Of a stretch of 64,000 nt of DNA, positions 1 through 8,206 are shown piece by piece. Below the pieces are notes generated by a model that did not search any database, was not told the DNA's origin, and worked only from the letters and a program-made list of their open reading frames with translations. Both the position numbers and the translations under genes were made by a program. This stretch comes from a virus, in the IMG/VR virus record IMGVR_UViG_3300022935_000010, positions 43,116 through 107,115 of that record; one strand, 5' to 3'. The number at the start of each line of letters is the position of its first letter. The stretch's first letter is position 1.

Positions 1-70
1 CTCTGGTGTTTACAATTCTCCTACGGTATACAACAACACTAAGCTTGGAATCGAAGCTATTGGAAGTTAG
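1..70 (+). CDS. 3' end of an upstream gene (partial)
   Basis: Frame from nt 2 reads SGVYNSPTVYNNTKLGIEAIGS-stop(TAG); truncated by the window edge. Confidence 0.45.
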   Translation, partial: SGVYNSPTVYNNTKLGIEAIGS

Positions 71-98
71 AAACTTTTGATCGTTTGCCTGCTAAAAC
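70..98 (+). promoter_or_regulatory. putative bipartite promoter GAAACTT-N15-CTAAAAC
   Basis: Same heptamer and 15-nt spacing recur at 14684 and 18693, each before a non-structural gene. Confidence 0.3.
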
Positions 99-101
99 AC
101 T

Positions 102-983
102 TTGATGATACTAGGCAGGAATTTAAATCGGATAGGTTATACTAGCAAGGTAATTGGTCCAAAGACCAAGGACGTGTCTATTTTTGCCGAAACTGTGTTG
201 GGACTAGTTTCAGAAAATCAAGAAAGAGGCATATCTGTTACCTGTATAGAGGTAGAACAAGGATTCCATCCTTTGGACTTTTCCGTCATCGAGGACGGTA
301 GCCAGGAATCTGATGTTATCTGGGAAGTTTTCCAATTTTTGAAGTCAAATCGACATCGTCTTTTCTTCTTCCTGCCAAGTTACTATTTTTTGGGGAGTCA
401 AATTCCTGAAGTTGTAACTGGCACAAAAGAAGTCTTAAAATCCCTATCTGTATTCCTTGACCAGGTTGGTGTAAGGGAAACGTCTATAATTCTTAGGATT
501 GGTAGCGCTTATGGTGCAAGGAAGCCTACTATGGAAAGATTTTGTGATGTGATAGAAGGGCTTGAGAGTTCAATAGGTGAAAAGCTTTCGGTGTGTAATG
601 ACGAGAAGCCAAGCCTTTTTTCTGTAACCGATTTATTAAGTGGGATATTTTACAGGATTGGGATCCCTATAGTTTTTAGATTTTTACCACATCAGTTTAA
701 TGCTGGTAGCCTTTCTACTAGGGAGGCTTACTTTCTAGCGGTTTCAACTTGGGTTAAAGGAAAGGTACCTATTTTTATGCATTCTGAATCCTCCGAGGTT
801 GATGAGAATGGTATTTCCCTTTCCCCAGCACCCTCTGATTATCTAAGACATCGAATACCAACTTTTGGTTTAGAAATAGATGTCATCATAGATCTCCCAA
901 CAGGATTGAATGGGTGTATGCATTACTTGGCTAATTCGATTTCTTTCAAGCCAATGGTAATCAACAAAATTGGAAAGAAATAA
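102..983 (+). CDS. uvsE: UV-damage endonuclease UvsE/UvdE-like TIM-barrel protein, apparently degenerate active site
   Basis: NDEKPSLFSVTDL, IPIVF, STW..GKVP..HSES and SDY occur in UvsE motif order; several metal-ligand residues are replaced. Confidence 0.7.
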   Translation: MMILGRNLNRIGYTSKVIGPKTKDVSIFAETVLGLVSENQERGISVTCIEVEQGFHPLDFSVIEDGSQESDVIWEVFQFLKSNRHRLFFFLPSYYFLGSQIPEVVTGTKEVLKSLSVFLDQVGVRETSIILRIGSAYGARKPTMERFCDVIEGLESSIGEKLSVCNDEKPSLFSVTDLLSGIFYRIGIPIVFRFLPHQFNAGSLSTREAYFLAVSTWVKGKVPIFMHSESSEVDENGISLSPAPSDYLRHRIPTFGLEIDVIIDLPTGLNGCMHYLANSISFKPMVINKIGKK

Positions 984-1029
984 TTTTTATTGTACGCTTC
1001 CTTTGCTTAGTTTTGTCTAAATTCTAAAT

Positions 1030-1824
1030 ATGCCGGAATTAGCTGAATTGAAATTAACCTCGGATTTTGTAAATCTAGCATCTGAGAATAAAGCCTTTAC
1101 TCACATTAGTAAGAACCCGGACCACAAGTGGAATGAAATTGACTTTGGTGAGGATTTTACAATAGAATCCCAAAGTAGAGGAAAGGAAATTAAACTGGTG
1201 TTAAGATCTACACAAACAGATAGAACAAGTAATCTAATGATGACTATGGGTATGGGAGGGCATTTTCAATGGGCAAATCCAAGGGAAAGCATTAAGCACA
1301 CACATCTTTTTTTCCATGCTAAAAATGGAGGACACCTAGCCTTTGTTGACGTTCGTAGATTTGGTAAATGGAAATGGGGAGATTGGAATAAAGATAGAGG
1401 CCCAGATCCTACCACCGAGTATTTTTTGTTCTGTAACAATATATTGAAGAATTTACATAAACTTGCTTTTGATCATCCTATCTACGAGGTTTTAATGAAT
1501 CAGAGATATTTCAATGGGATTGGGAATTACCTTAGAGCTGAAATATTGTTTCGAATACCCGATGAGGATCCGTTTGTTCCTGCACGAGATTACATAAAGA
1601 GGAATACATGGGAGCTTTTTGAACTCTGTCGGGACATCCCAATTAAAGTTTATGAAATTGGTGGTGGTACTATAAAGGACTGGAAAAACCCTTTTGGGGA
1701 GGTTTCATCAGTTTCAGATCTTATGTTATGCTATGGAAATCCACATATGCTCAAAATTAAAGACAGAGGTGGGAGGATGTTCTGGTATGACCCAAAATGG
1801 AAAAGAATAGAATATGATAGATAA
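1030..1824 (+). CDS. nei: Fpg/Nei DNA glycosylase, NEIL1-like (zincless finger)
   Basis: N-terminal MPE, RGKE, FVDVRRFG, H2TH motif LMNQRYFNGIGNYLRAEILFR, C-terminal DRGGRMFW without a four-Cys finger. Confidence 0.92.
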   Translation: MPELAELKLTSDFVNLASENKAFTHISKNPDHKWNEIDFGEDFTIESQSRGKEIKLVLRSTQTDRTSNLMMTMGMGGHFQWANPRESIKHTHLFFHAKNGGHLAFVDVRRFGKWKWGDWNKDRGPDPTTEYFLFCNNILKNLHKLAFDHPIYEVLMNQRYFNGIGNYLRAEILFRIPDEDPFVPARDYIKRNTWELFELCRDIPIKVYEIGGGTIKDWKNPFGEVSSVSDLMLCYGNPHMLKIKDRGGRMFWYDPKWKRIEYDR

Positions 1825-2521
1825 AAGAATTTTAGAGAATTGTCTCTTCTTAGATGTTGAGACTGCAACAGGCTGTCCTGATTTTGAAACCCTGTCTGAG
1901 GTGGATCCTAGACTAGCGGAACTTTGGAAAAAGAGAGCAAAATACTACAGAACTGTATACGAGGATATGAACGGACTTGCTACTTCTGAGATTTATAAAG
2001 AAAAAGCAACTCTGGAGCCGGAATTTTCAAAAGTAGTTTGTGTGTCCTTTGGTGTACATCAAGAGAATGGGCAGTTTCGTATGACTTCCTTCTACGGAGA
2101 GGACGAGGAAGATATTCTCATGAAGACTGCTAAGGTTTTTAATAATGCTCTTGCTAAGAACATGAAGCTCGCAGGACATAATATAAAGGGCTTTGATATT
2201 CCCTGCCTTGGTAAGAGGATGATTTATAAACTAAGTTCTCCTGTGCTTCCACAAAACCTTGTTATTTGGGACAAAAAGCCATGGGAGATTCCATATTTGG
2301 ATACGTCGGAGGTTTTCTCATTTGGTAGTTGGTCGCACCAAAAGTACCTTTCACTAGACCTTCTTGCTTGTTCGTTAGGAGTTGACTCCCCTAAGGGTGA
2401 TATGGACGGATCTAAGGTTAGTGAAGCCTACTGGAATGATAGAGATTTTGAAAAGATTAAAGAATATTGTGAAAGGGATGTCCAAACCGTAATAGACGTC
2501 CTAAACAAAGTAGCAACATAG
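1814..2521 (+). CDS. DnaQ-superfamily 3'-5' exonuclease related to the PolB exonuclease domain
   Basis: ExoI FLDVET, ExoII GHNIKGFDIP, ExoIII YCERDV; KPWE and SPKGDMDGS motifs. Confidence 0.88.
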   Translation: MIDKRILENCLFLDVETATGCPDFETLSEVDPRLAELWKKRAKYYRTVYEDMNGLATSEIYKEKATLEPEFSKVVCVSFGVHQENGQFRMTSFYGEDEEDILMKTAKVFNNALAKNMKLAGHNIKGFDIPCLGKRMIYKLSSPVLPQNLVIWDKKPWEIPYLDTSEVFSFGSWSHQKYLSLDLLACSLGVDSPKGDMDGSKVSEAYWNDRDFEKIKEYCERDVQTVIDVLNKVAT

Positions 2522-2545
2522 AATTTCCTTTTTCTATTTCCTTCG

Positions 2546-2586
2546 GGGATTGTTTGGATATATAAAGTCCAAATAATCCCTTTTTT
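2546..2586 (+). terminator. 13-bp hairpin plus T6 tract, with the late-promoter motif spanning the loop
   Basis: gggattgtttgga / tccaaataatccc (one G-U pair), loop tatataaag, followed by tttttt and then the GTG start. Confidence 0.6.
2557..2564 (+). promoter_or_regulatory. late-promoter-like motif GATATATA
   Basis: Recurrent intergenic octamer about 20-35 nt before starts; resembles the T4 late promoter TATAAATA. Confidence 0.65.
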
Positions 2587-3378
2587 GTGGGCGCAGTTTT
2601 AGATTTTAACAGATTTGTTTTAAATGAGGATAAGATTGGTTCTTTTTATAACGATGAACTAAATCCAAAGTTCTGGGACAAATACAAAAACAAGAATGGT
2701 GAAACCCAATGGGTCTTTGATAGGCTAGTAAGAAAAAAGCTGCTTAAGATAGCCGAAGACTTCTATGAAAAATATAGTGATCTATTGGGAGACCTACCTA
2801 TCGAGGATATACAACTCACTGGATCACTAGCTAATTTTAACTATACAGATAAGTCAGATCTTGATGTTCACGTGCTGGTTGACTTTAATAAGGTAAAGTC
2901 AAAACCAGAGATGGTAAAAGCAGCAGTTGATGGTATTAGGTTTGTTTGGAATCTAAGACATGATGTTGTTATTAGAAACCATGACGTTGAGCTTTATCTC
3001 CAGAATATACACGAGCCACATACAGCTTCTGGCCTTTATTCCCTGCTTAATGATAAGTGGATTAGAAAACCAAAGTTTGATCCCCCGGAGGTAGACGAGC
3101 AAGATGTAAGAAAGAAGTTTGATGGATTAGCATCCGAGATTAATCAAATGGAATCAAAGCTTGTTATTTCTGCATCACTTCCCAAAGATGCAAAGGAGAT
3201 GTATAAAAGACTTCTTAGGCTGAAGGAGAAGATACAGAAAATGAGAAAAGACGGACTTTCAAAGGACGGAGAATTCTCGATAGGTAACCTCGCCTTTAAA
3301 ATGCTAAGAAACGAGGGATATATAAGTAAGCTCATAGATTTAATTTCAAAAGCTTACGCTAGAATTTATTCAGAGTAA
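2587..3378 (+). CDS. Pol-beta-superfamily nucleotidyltransferase
   Basis: LTGSLANFNYTDKSDLDVHV (hGS...DhD) and a third acidic residue in DVELY. Confidence 0.8.
   Translation: MGAVLDFNRFVLNEDKIGSFYNDELNPKFWDKYKNKNGETQWVFDRLVRKKLLKIAEDFYEKYSDLLGDLPIEDIQLTGSLANFNYTDKSDLDVHVLVDFNKVKSKPEMVKAAVDGIRFVWNLRHDVVIRNHDVELYLQNIHEPHTASGLYSLLNDKWIRKPKFDPPEVDEQDVRKKFDGLASEINQMESKLVISASLPKDAKEMYKRLLRLKEKIQKMRKDGLSKDGEFSIGNLAFKMLRNEGYISKLIDLISKAYARIYSE
3317..3324 (+). promoter_or_regulatory. late-promoter-like motif GATATATA
   Basis: Exact motif in the 3' end of the NTase gene, upstream of ORF 3397. Confidence 0.4.
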
Positions 3379-3396
3379 AAACTTTATTAGAATAGC

Positions 3397-6096
3397 ATGA
3401 TACTAGTATTTAGAAAGGGCCTTGAATATAATGGGAGCATGAACGGCCTCCCAGAAAACCAAGACGAGAACATTTTCCCAATCATGTCGGTTCCTCTTGA
3501 TTTAGAGGGCGAAGAAACTGACCTTAATGATTTTCAATGGTGGGCATATTCTGACAAGTGGAATGAGTGGCTAAAAGATAACCCAAGAGAATGGAAAGCT
3601 GAATCTCATGACGTGAGGTTTGATAAGGCTGAGCAAATTTTAGAAGGTATAGTAACTGCTAAAAATCCTGTTACCGAATACGTTTCCCACCAGGCTAAGA
3701 GTTTATGGAAAAACGGTGAGGTTTCTTCCTTTTCTGATTATGTAAAAATGTTAGAAGCAGAAAGCACATCTGGATCTAGAGATGCTGCTAAGAAGTTTAT
3801 TAAACTCGGGTATGCTTTAGAAAAACTTTCAAAAGAAGGAAAGCTTAAAGACGTCTTAAAGATGGAAGATCTCGAAGATGATAAGGAATATGCGGTTGTT
3901 GTCGATCCAATGACCGAGAGCGGTGACCCAGTTCAAGAGGCAAGACAGGCTTTGAGAATAAAGAAAATTGGGGATTCTGCCGGTATCATTATAGCTGAGG
4001 TTGATTACAGCATCCCATTGGGTGAAGTAGAGGACACTAAGGATTTCATGGACAAGGTCGCAGAATTTGCTAAAGATGTAGCAATTGGAGGTGCAGGTCT
4101 TGCGGCACTTTATGGTGTAGCTCAAGTAGCTGGGTCTCTGTTCTTAGGATGGCAACTTTTAAAAGGAGCACGTGGTATTTACCGTACGCTCGGAAGGGCT
4201 AGAAGAATTCATAGCGCTGTTGCCGGTGCAAGAACTGCAGGAGCACCTGCTTGGAACACGGTTAGATCTTTTGCTACAAGAGCTTTTACAAGAAGAGCAG
4301 GGGCACAAGCAGTTGCAAATGCTGCTAGAATTACCTTACCTTCCGGTGCATTTGTTGAGGGCGGATTAGCTTACTCTACAAGAGCAACTGGAAATGTTCT
4401 TTTAAAAGGTGCAGCAGAAAAATCCGTTAAGTCAGCAGCACAAAGACTGGTAGCTCAAGGCGGAGCAAGAGCGGCAACAGCAGTAGCTGGTAGAGGAGCT
4501 GTAGCTGCTGGTGCAAGCTCAGCTGTAGCTGCTGAAGCTTCTAATCCAGTCGGATGGATTTTGCTAGCAGCTCAGGCAGTCGGTTCTGGAATTAATCAAC
4601 TATGGAATTGGTATAGTGATAAACAAGCACCTAGGTACGGTGAAGTTGAGGACTTTGCATATGGAAGTTTTAATCCTAAAAATATTCCTGTAGGAAAGGC
4701 AATAACCGTTTGCTGGACTAGCGACGGTGGTGCAGGATGGGGTGAATATATCCTGGATATCTTAACTATGTCTAAGGATGATACTAGAACAACTATGGAA
4801 TTGGTCAAACTTGGTGAGTTTGATGATAGGTCAGTTTTTGTAATGCTTCAAGTAAACTCAGAAATGTTTGAAAAGGCTATGAAGGATAACGACCTTATAC
4901 TACTGTCTTTTGCTAACAATGATAAATTTGAAAGAGGAACATTTGATAATGATGATCTGGAATTCCAAACTATAGTTATTCCTGATATTACTGAACTTAC
5001 AATTGGTACATCCTTTGTTGGATACTCAACATGGACCGAAATGAAAGAGGCTTATAAAGAGAGCCCTGATAGCCCAATTTACGTACCAAGCGGAGCAAGA
5101 AAGGATTATCAATTCCATTACACAGACAAGGACGGAAACGATGTAAATGTAACTGGAACCCTTGTAAATGAAAATGAGATAAGTGACACAGTCCTACAGG
5201 ATTTAGTTCCTGGTGCAGCTGGTGCTGTTGAGGAATCTGCTAGTCCCGGTCTAGATTATTCGCACCTGGTAAATGAAAGCAAGGTATTATCATTCAACGA
5301 CTTCTCAAATAGAGCTAATCCTATAATGGAAGAAGACGAAAACTCTCCAGAAGAAGATGGGAATACAGAAAATGCTGAGAGTACAGAATCCACTGAATCC
5401 ACAGAAGGGAATACTTACGAGGAAGATTTGCTAACCTCTCTTTCTGCTGCATCTCCACTCGAGACAGAATATAGTCAAATACCAGTATTAGCATATAGAG
5501 TTAATAGAATAAGTTTTGTCGACCCAACTGTTAATGAAGATGTTGATCAGTTTAACTACTTTATAATCGGCGAGCAAAGTATGGATCCTAAACCAAATCA
5601 GCCAATCCTGGTTGAATCCGCTTCGGAGGATGCTATTGAAGAACCTAGATTTGGATTGAAAACATACGTACCTCCAGTAGAGGATGATGAAAAAAAGGAT
5701 GATAAGGAAGATGAGATTGATGACCCTGAAGTAATTGATATCGAAGACGTCGATGAACCATCATCTAAAATGGTAAGAACACAAAGAGGCGATGTTCAAA
5801 TAAAAAGCAAATCAGGATCCCTAACTATTAAAGATAGAGAAATGGAAGGTGGCATTAACATCTTTGATGAATTTGCAAACTCTAGCTTGAAGAAAAAACT
5901 TAATATCGATGATTGGAAAAACATAACTAGCGTAAAGGTTAGGTATGATAATGAGGGAGAACCTAAAAAGGTAATTTTGAAAAACAGGTTTGCAAAAGTT
6001 GGTGATAGGAGAAGGGTTTTACAGAAAGGGGAGCAAGGATTTGAATCTGCTTTAAAATTTGCAGAGTCTGTAGAAGATGGTATATCTTTCTCCTGA
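3397..6096 (+). CDS. large putative internal virion/ejection protein
   Basis: Acidic protein with an Ala/Gly/Arg-rich hydrophobic core and NPVGW motif; VNE/LEAE sites; adjacent to the prohead protease. Confidence 0.45.
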   Translation: MILVFRKGLEYNGSMNGLPENQDENIFPIMSVPLDLEGEETDLNDFQWWAYSDKWNEWLKDNPREWKAESHDVRFDKAEQILEGIVTAKNPVTEYVSHQAKSLWKNGEVSSFSDYVKMLEAESTSGSRDAAKKFIKLGYALEKLSKEGKLKDVLKMEDLEDDKEYAVVVDPMTESGDPVQEARQALRIKKIGDSAGIIIAEVDYSIPLGEVEDTKDFMDKVAEFAKDVAIGGAGLAALYGVAQVAGSLFLGWQLLKGARGIYRTLGRARRIHSAVAGARTAGAPAWNTVRSFATRAFTRRAGAQAVANAARITLPSGAFVEGGLAYSTRATGNVLLKGAAEKSVKSAAQRLVAQGGARAATAVAGRGAVAAGASSAVAAEASNPVGWILLAAQAVGSGINQLWNWYSDKQAPRYGEVEDFAYGSFNPKNIPVGKAITVCWTSDGGAGWGEYILDILTMSKDDTRTTMELVKLGEFDDRSVFVMLQVNSEMFEKAMKDNDLILLSFANNDKFERGTFDNDDLEFQTIVIPDITELTIGTSFVGYSTWTEMKEAYKESPDSPIYVPSGARKDYQFHYTDKDGNDVNVTGTLVNENEISDTVLQDLVPGAAGAVEESASPGLDYSHLVNESKVLSFNDFSNRANPIMEEDENSPEEDGNTENAESTESTESTEGNTYEEDLLTSLSAASPLETEYSQIPVLAYRVNRISFVDPTVNEDVDQFNYFIIGEQSMDPKPNQPILVESASEDAIEEPRFGLKTYVPPVEDDEKKDDKEDEIDDPEVIDIEDVDEPSSKMVRTQRGDVQIKSKSGSLTIKDREMEGGINIFDEFANSSLKKKLNIDDWKNITSVKVRYDNEGEPKKVILKNRFAKVGDRRRVLQKGEQGFESALKFAESVEDGISFS

Positions 6097-6130
6097 TAAA
6101 AAAACGTCAAATTTTCTGAAAAAGAAAATG

Positions 6131-6138
6131 GATATATA
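6131..6138 (+). promoter_or_regulatory. late-promoter-like motif GATATATA
   Basis: Intergenic, before the prohead protease. Confidence 0.7.
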
Positions 6139-6164
6139 AAGTTAAATAATAGCAAAGTCAAGAA

Positions 6165-8180
6165 ATGAACGAGTCTTTATTGAATGGGAACCTTCTCTTC
6201 ATCCTTGAAAAGCAAGAAAATAATCTTGCAGTTTCAAAGGACGGTAACTCGGATGGTGGTGGTTATATACTCAAAGGTATTGCTGCTCAGTTTGGGAAAG
6301 AGAATAATAACAATAGAATATACGAGGAAGGTGAATACCTACCTCACCTTGAGTACCTAAAGGATAAGATAGGACAAAAGAGATTAGTTGGTGAATTAGA
6401 TCACCCTGAAAAATTCGACGTATCTCTTAAAAACATTTCTCACGTTGTAGAAGATCTTGTTTATGACAAGGACGGAAGAGTATTAAACATTAAGGTTCGT
6501 TTGCTTGACACACCAGCTGGACAAATTGCTAAGAAATTAGTTGATGCTGGTATACCTCTTTCTATTTCTTCTAGAGCAGCTGGAAATGTAGGTCCAGATA
6601 AGAAGGTACAGATCAAAAAGATCTTTACTTATGATTTGGTTGCAGATCCAGGTTTCCAAGACGCTCAACTCGAGAGAGTTTATGAAAGCGCTGGATTTGA
6701 TGCTTTTGAATTTGAAGAAAGATCAAAAAAATCCGTTGTTAACAACTTAGAGTGTGTAAATGAGTCACTAGGTATAGAAAATGAATCTGGGGTAAAGATA
6801 TATAAAGTTGAAAATAGCGAAGAATTCGAAAAAATCCTTAATCAAGAAAAAAATAAATCCAACATTATGGAGGCCAACAAAGAATATGTTACTGCTGACG
6901 AGCTTAATAAGTATTCTATCTTTTTGAAAAATAAGATGGATGAGCTGGAAACGCAGATTTCTGAAATGAAACAACAAGAAGCTCAAGTTTCCGAGAGCGA
7001 AAGTGAATCTGTAGATTGCAAAGCTTTGGAGGAAAGAGTTGCTAAGCTAGAAAAGTACTCCGAGTATCTTGCTGAAAATCTAGAAAGTGCTATTAAGTAC
7101 GGTGAGTATTTGTCAGAAAACCTAGATAGCAGCATTACGTATTCTAAGTACCTTGCTGAGAATCTAGACAAGACTATCTCTTATTCTAAGTATTTGGCCG
7201 AAAATGTTGATAAGGGTATTTCTTACACTGAATATGTAGCTGAGAATGTTGATAAGACTATCGACTATTCTAAGTATTTGGCAGAAAAACTAGATGATGG
7301 TATTCAATATACAGAATACGTGGCTGAAAATCTTGATAAGAATATCGCTTACTCTGAATACTTAGCAGAAAATGTTGATAAGAACATTGCTTACTCTGAG
7401 TATTTGGCAGAGAATCTAGATAAGGGTATTTCTTACTCTGAATATCTAGCAGAAAACTTAGATAAGGGAATAGCTTACTCTGAGTACATTGCAGAAAAAC
7501 TAGATCAAGGAATAAACTACACTGAGTACCTAGCAGAAAACCTAAATAAAGGTATTGCTTACTCAGATTATTTAGCTGAAAAGCTAAATGGAAATATAGC
7601 TAACACTGAAGCTATACACGAAAGCGTTAAAGCAGAAAACTCGCCAACACTTAACGAAAGTGCTAGGGAAAATGCTGAAAGCGCATCTAAAACTGAATTG
7701 GTTGAATCAGGATTTGCTGGAGATTATGAAAATCTCGGAAGCAAGATTGATTCTCTAATTGAATCAGTCAAAACACAAAAGACTGAGGAAAATATAAATG
7801 AGGCACAAACGAAAGTTGAGCCGACTGCTCAAACACAAAAAGCAGATGAGGCAATCAACGAAGCCGAAGAAGAAACATTGGCAGGATCATCAGGTCACAA
7901 ATTTATTGATGAAATGCCAGAAGATTACTCTCCGATTTGGGAGTCACTAAATGAAAGTCAAAAGCAATCAGTAATTGCACAATCAGCTTTCTATAACTTA
8001 GAGACTGCTTATCAGATCAAGAACTTCTGGTCAACTCGTCAGCTTGGTGCTAAACCAGTAGGACTTCAGAAACTTCAAGAGAGCCAAGAAACACCAGAGC
8101 CTAAGACGGCTACTAACCCTCAGGGGTATTCAAACGATTACCTTAATTGGGTCGCTAAGTCGCTCGAAGGTAAGTTTTAA
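6165..8180 (+). CDS. prohead protease (T4 gp21-like) fused to a scaffold/core domain
   Basis: NNNNRIY, GELDHP, LLDTPAG, ISSRAAG, TYDLVADPGF motifs; coiled-coil repeat C-terminus; directly upstream of the MCP. Confidence 0.92.
   Translation: MNESLLNGNLLFILEKQENNLAVSKDGNSDGGGYILKGIAAQFGKENNNNRIYEEGEYLPHLEYLKDKIGQKRLVGELDHPEKFDVSLKNISHVVEDLVYDKDGRVLNIKVRLLDTPAGQIAKKLVDAGIPLSISSRAAGNVGPDKKVQIKKIFTYDLVADPGFQDAQLERVYESAGFDAFEFEERSKKSVVNNLECVNESLGIENESGVKIYKVENSEEFEKILNQEKNKSNIMEANKEYVTADELNKYSIFLKNKMDELETQISEMKQQEAQVSESESESVDCKALEERVAKLEKYSEYLAENLESAIKYGEYLSENLDSSITYSKYLAENLDKTISYSKYLAENVDKGISYTEYVAENVDKTIDYSKYLAEKLDDGIQYTEYVAENLDKNIAYSEYLAENVDKNIAYSEYLAENLDKGISYSEYLAENLDKGIAYSEYIAEKLDQGINYTEYLAENLNKGIAYSDYLAEKLNGNIANTEAIHESVKAENSPTLNESARENAESASKTELVESGFAGDYENLGSKIDSLIESVKTQKTEENINEAQTKVEPTAQTQKADEAINEAEEETLAGSSGHKFIDEMPEDYSPIWESLNESQKQSVIAQSAFYNLETAYQIKNFWSTRQLGAKPVGLQKLQESQETPEPKTATNPQGYSNDYLNWVAKSLEGKF
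6797..6804 (+). promoter_or_regulatory. intragenic late-promoter-like motif (GATATATAAAGTT)
   Basis: 13-nt identity with the 6131 site; lies upstream of in-frame ATG 6867. Confidence 0.5.
6867..8180 (+). CDS. putative nested in-frame scaffold protein (MEANKEY..., 437 aa)
   Basis: In-frame ATG with A-rich leader, after the protease domain and downstream of an internal promoter motif. Confidence 0.45.
   Translation: MEANKEYVTADELNKYSIFLKNKMDELETQISEMKQQEAQVSESESESVDCKALEERVAKLEKYSEYLAENLESAIKYGEYLSENLDSSITYSKYLAENLDKTISYSKYLAENVDKGISYTEYVAENVDKTIDYSKYLAEKLDDGIQYTEYVAENLDKNIAYSEYLAENVDKNIAYSEYLAENLDKGISYSEYLAENLDKGIAYSEYIAEKLDQGINYTEYLAENLNKGIAYSDYLAEKLNGNIANTEAIHESVKAENSPTLNESARENAESASKTELVESGFAGDYENLGSKIDSLIESVKTQKTEENINEAQTKVEPTAQTQKADEAINEAEEETLAGSSGHKFIDEMPEDYSPIWESLNESQKQSVIAQSAFYNLETAYQIKNFWSTRQLGAKPVGLQKLQESQETPEPKTATNPQGYSNDYLNWVAKSLEGKF
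7053..7598 (+). repeat. 13 tandem 42-bp (14-aa) coding repeats, consensus xYSEYLAENLDKGI
   Basis: Counted directly in the translation; synonymous divergence between copies. Confidence 0.95.
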
Positions 8181-8206
8181 AAACTAAAAAAATAAAAGAT
8201 AGTAAA

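Noticed and set aside
2587-3378. Nucleotidyltransferase as a CBASS CD-NTase or toxin-antitoxin MNT
   Set aside because: No adjacent effector or HEPN gene, and no basis to assign a subfamily by eye
7053-7598. 42-bp periodic repeat as a CRISPR or non-coding array
   Set aside because: No spacers; variation is largely synonymous or conservative within the protease/scaffold ORF
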